Part shown: piece after piece, positions 60,218-64,000 of the stretch | Position numbering within the stretch: the stretch's first letter is position 1 | Layout of the letters: each line of letters opens with the position of its first letter | Source of the DNA: the human T2T-CHM13v2.0 reference genome, Homo sapiens | DNA length: 64,000 bases | Reading direction: 5' to 3' (one strand) | NCBI RefSeq assembly: GCF_009914755.1 | Contig: NC_060925.1 | Made by a program: the position numbers and the translations under genes | Notes under the pieces: model-generated | Told to the model about the DNA's origin: nothing | Seen by the model: the letters and a program-made list of their open reading frames with translations, nothing else | Database searches by the model: none

Positions 60218-61931
60218 GCATATGGAAATCAATAGATATCTTTTACAAAAAAAGGTTAGAATAAAGATCTCACATTTGTAAAGGCACATATGAAACATTT
60301 TATAGCAAGCACAAGGGCAGTGAGAACATCAACAAGGTCCAATATCTAAATAAGACTTTATAAAAACAGATAGGAAACAGTGCAAAAAATACTGTCAAAG
60401 TCAGTTCTATACACCTCATAACTGTGTATACAACTGGCAAGCATAAGCTTATTTACTGATATAAAATAGCACATAGAATAGCATGCATAGTTTTATTTTA
60501 GGCTTTTCATATTATTAAATTGATAGGGAGTCTATACCAAAGTACAGTTGACATGAATAGTGATAAAAATCACTCCCCAGCTTAGGGAATGTCCTATAAA
60601 CATCTCACCCCTCCCTCTGCTTACAACTACAGTTTGGTAGTAAGGAGACTGGGCTTCCATCTTGCAAGGTGGCAAGCGGCCACCACAGGGGGCGAATGTG
60701 CTCTCAGGATCCCAAGTCCCAACCTGGAATGCATTTCTTACGGCAACAACATAAGAGATGGTGATTAAATGTCTGGGTCAGCCCACAAAAGCCAACCAGA
60801 TCTGGCTATCACAGCCCTCCATTTGGGCTGTGGTGGAGGTCAGTGGGCTTCTATGGGCTGACGCAAGAACCTTAAGAACAAACCGGTTTCTAAGTTGGGG
60901 ACTTGTCTGTACATCGTTTCAAAATGAAACCTAATAAATGTCATTTGTTTTGAATGATACCAAAATTCACAACATTTTGTGAAACAAAGATCAAGGAAAG
61001 CATCAAAATACTGAAGTAGGGAGCACAAGCCTAGTCCAGTGAAACAAACTAGATTAGCTTGTTACTTGATGTAACACAAGTTACATAAGGTTACACATTT
61101 ATTAGTAATTTGCATATTTAAACCTTTTTTTCCACTGAAGTATCCTCAAGCACATTAATTAGCTATTGAAGGAACAAAGGACATACATAGGAACTCATCT
61201 CTGATGAAGAGTAGCTTTATGTCAGAAAGGAGAAGGCTAATGAATTTTTAAGATTCCAAACAGTGGCAAGAAAGTTCAAAGGAAATTGCAGTAAAATTGT
61301 ACAATGTTCAAGTTGAAAAAAAAAATGGCTCTGAATTACAGCATTCAGTTCTATGCTCAAGGTATGTATTAGCTAACACTGCAGTTGTCAGAGGTGGGAG
61401 GCCCCTGAGAAATGCTGAGAATGCCAGGCACCCCAGTTCTGAGAGCCACCCTAGCTAAACTCAAAGCAGCATTCTTGAGATTTTAGCAAAAGGCTCCGCC
61501 CCAAGCCACAAAAAGATCCCAATCCAATCTTTTCAGCTTTATCCTCTAAAACCTTTTGTCAGATGAGATAGCATTTGTGTTTCCCAGGAGGAGAAGGTTG
61601 GGGAAGAAAATGAAGATAGCTTACATACAGATTTTGGATGACCCGCTAATCTTTCCCCTTCCTAGGTAAGTGAAAACAGATAAAATGTTTCTGGGCAGCC
61701 CAAAGGTTTACCACCTGTTTCACTAGAATGGCCAGTCTGTGTAAAGAGGCTATAATGACGAAAGCATTTTCCCTGCAGGGAGAAGCTAGAAACAAATGGG
61801 TCTTCCTATACATCAGTCTGCCAAATGCAGCCTCTCTCAATCTATATAAGTTCACCTCGAAATACATATTAAGTACTGCTGTCATCATTGTTTTAAACAG
61901 AGCGTCTTTCATTTTTTCTAATAGTGACTGA

Positions 61932-62357
<426 letters not shown>

Positions 62358-62577
62358 ATTTGCCAGATCTTATTCTTTGAAACTATACAAGCAATTTTTA
62401 AAAAATTAAAATAAGATTTCCTAATTACATATTTCTGAGAGGTTTAAGGCAATGATTCTCTGACGAGGATTAACTCTTACATCTGGGTTGCACTCATAGG
62501 GTAGGTAAAGAAAAGAAAAAGTGTACTGTTGAGAGTTGATCCATAAAGCAGATGGGGAAATATGAAAAGGCAGCAGA

Positions 62578-62821
62578 GGCTGGGTGTAATCCCAGCACTT
62601 TGGGAGGCCGAGGGGGGTCATCACGAGGTCAGAGGTTTGAGACCAGTCTGGCCAACATGGCGAAACCCCGTCTCTACTAAAAATATAAAAATTAGCCGGG
62701 TGTGGTGGTGCACGCCTATAATCCCAGCTACTTTGGAGGCTGCACTCCAGCCTGCGCAACAGGAGCGAGACACGGTCTCAAAAACTAAAAAAAAAAAAAA
62801 AAAGAAAAAGAAAAAAAAAAA
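62578..62821 (+). mobile_element. Internally deleted AluS
   Basis: TSD aaaaggcagcaga; lacks part of the 5' head and of the right arm. Confidence 0.9.
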
Positions 62822-64000
62822 GGCAGCAGACCCTAAGTGAACAAGGTGCTCATGGAATGAAGAGGGTGACAGCACACAACAGTCCCACCCGTTCCCCTGA
62901 ACAAGACAAGGAACACCAAAGTCACTGCATGTACATCCCAGTTTTGTGGCCTGAATAGAAACATGACTTGCTCTAAAGGGGAATGTCCTCTGCAGCACCT
63001 CTGAGATCACAGGGGAGAAGAATCAAGAAATCCAAGAGCCGGGGCTGCTAACTCTGGGAGCCACATGGGTAAGCAGAATGCTCTGCTAACAAGCAAGGCA
63101 AGGAAAGGCTGCCAGCAGCAGGCGAGGGAAGATGGTGCTTTTGATCAGCAAATCCAGGCAAATATGATAAACCACACATCATAATCCATGACATTCATCA
63201 AGCTCTACCTCAACAGTGAAGACAGTTTAAAACTATGAGCTAGGGTGAAATAGACTCCAACACTGCTGCAGGCTTTCCCTAGCATGCCACTTGGTGGTTT
63301 CCATCACTCTGACATTACAGAAAGGGAGGCAGGGAGTAGGAGAGGCATTCCAGAGTTCAGAAAATTATTTGTGAAACAGAGAACTTTTGGATAGCAACTT
63401 CAGGACTGATGCAAAAATCCTTCCTCTCCCTCTTCCCATTTATAGAAACTTTTGAGCAAGTTTATGGCCCTTCTGGGAAAGAATGATCCTGATGGCCCAA
63501 AGTGTGGCAGAAGGAGCAATGACTTTCCACACAAATGCTTGTCATATTCAGGCTGCCCAGTAGCTCCAGCCCTCCTGCCTTGTAACTCAATGTCCTTGAA
63601 TTTATTTTTAAAATGGGAAGGCTAAAAACAAAGCTGCAAACGGTAGGAACTGATGCACATCCTCTTCTTTACTGTACCAAACAACAATCATTTTCCAGTC
63701 TATGAAATTGATGGATGCCAGACACTCAATGCTAGGCTCATGGACATTTTAATAGGGAATATCTTAGTTTGGCTTTGAGAAAGAAGATGCAGCTATATTA
63801 AGCTGAAAAGATAAGAAAGGTAGTCTACTGAATAAAAATACTTACCTATCTGAGTTTCTAACAGAAACACAAAAGCTGAGAGCAGGCTGGATAAAGGCTG
63901 AGTGTTGATGGCGCAAGCTGGTGGTCAAGTTTCACAGGGCCCCCTGAATAACACTGACTTCTGGACAACACATTTGAGGTGGCAGAATTTGATGAGATTT

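Noticed and set aside
60676-60696. CTCF-like ggccaccacagggggcg
   Set aside because: Two extra bases break the core spacing, so the 5' half does not match in register

Overview
Primate (almost certainly human) genomic DNA. The + strand carries SMYD2 (SET/MYND lysine methyltransferase) from within intron 1 to its 3' end. Exon 1 is upstream of the window. Coding exons 2-12 lie at 16689-48280 and splice into one continuous frame (residues 58-433 of the protein as I recall it), with a poly(A) signal at ~48610. Intron 9 (42565-43511) is a minor-spliceosome U12 AT-AC intron. Downstream is an unusually complete two-LTR MER21-type (ERVL-related) provirus on the - strand (50480-57679). It has a tRNA-Leu primer-binding site, a target-site duplication and decayed gag/pro/RNaseH/integrase remnants, but apparently no RT core, and it contains nested THE1 and Alu insertions. 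From ~60195 to the end is a long 3' UTR on the - strand, most likely PTPN14 (assigned from recalled synteny), containing an inverted Alu pair. The rest is ordinary intronic repeat content (Alu, L1, L2, MIR, Charlie1, MER5, MER31-like). Most ORFs in the supplied track are repeat-derived or spurious. I see no convincing new biological system; the strongest signals are the U12 intron architecture, the provirus and a template-switch scar. Repeat family names and reference comparisons are from memory, not database searches.
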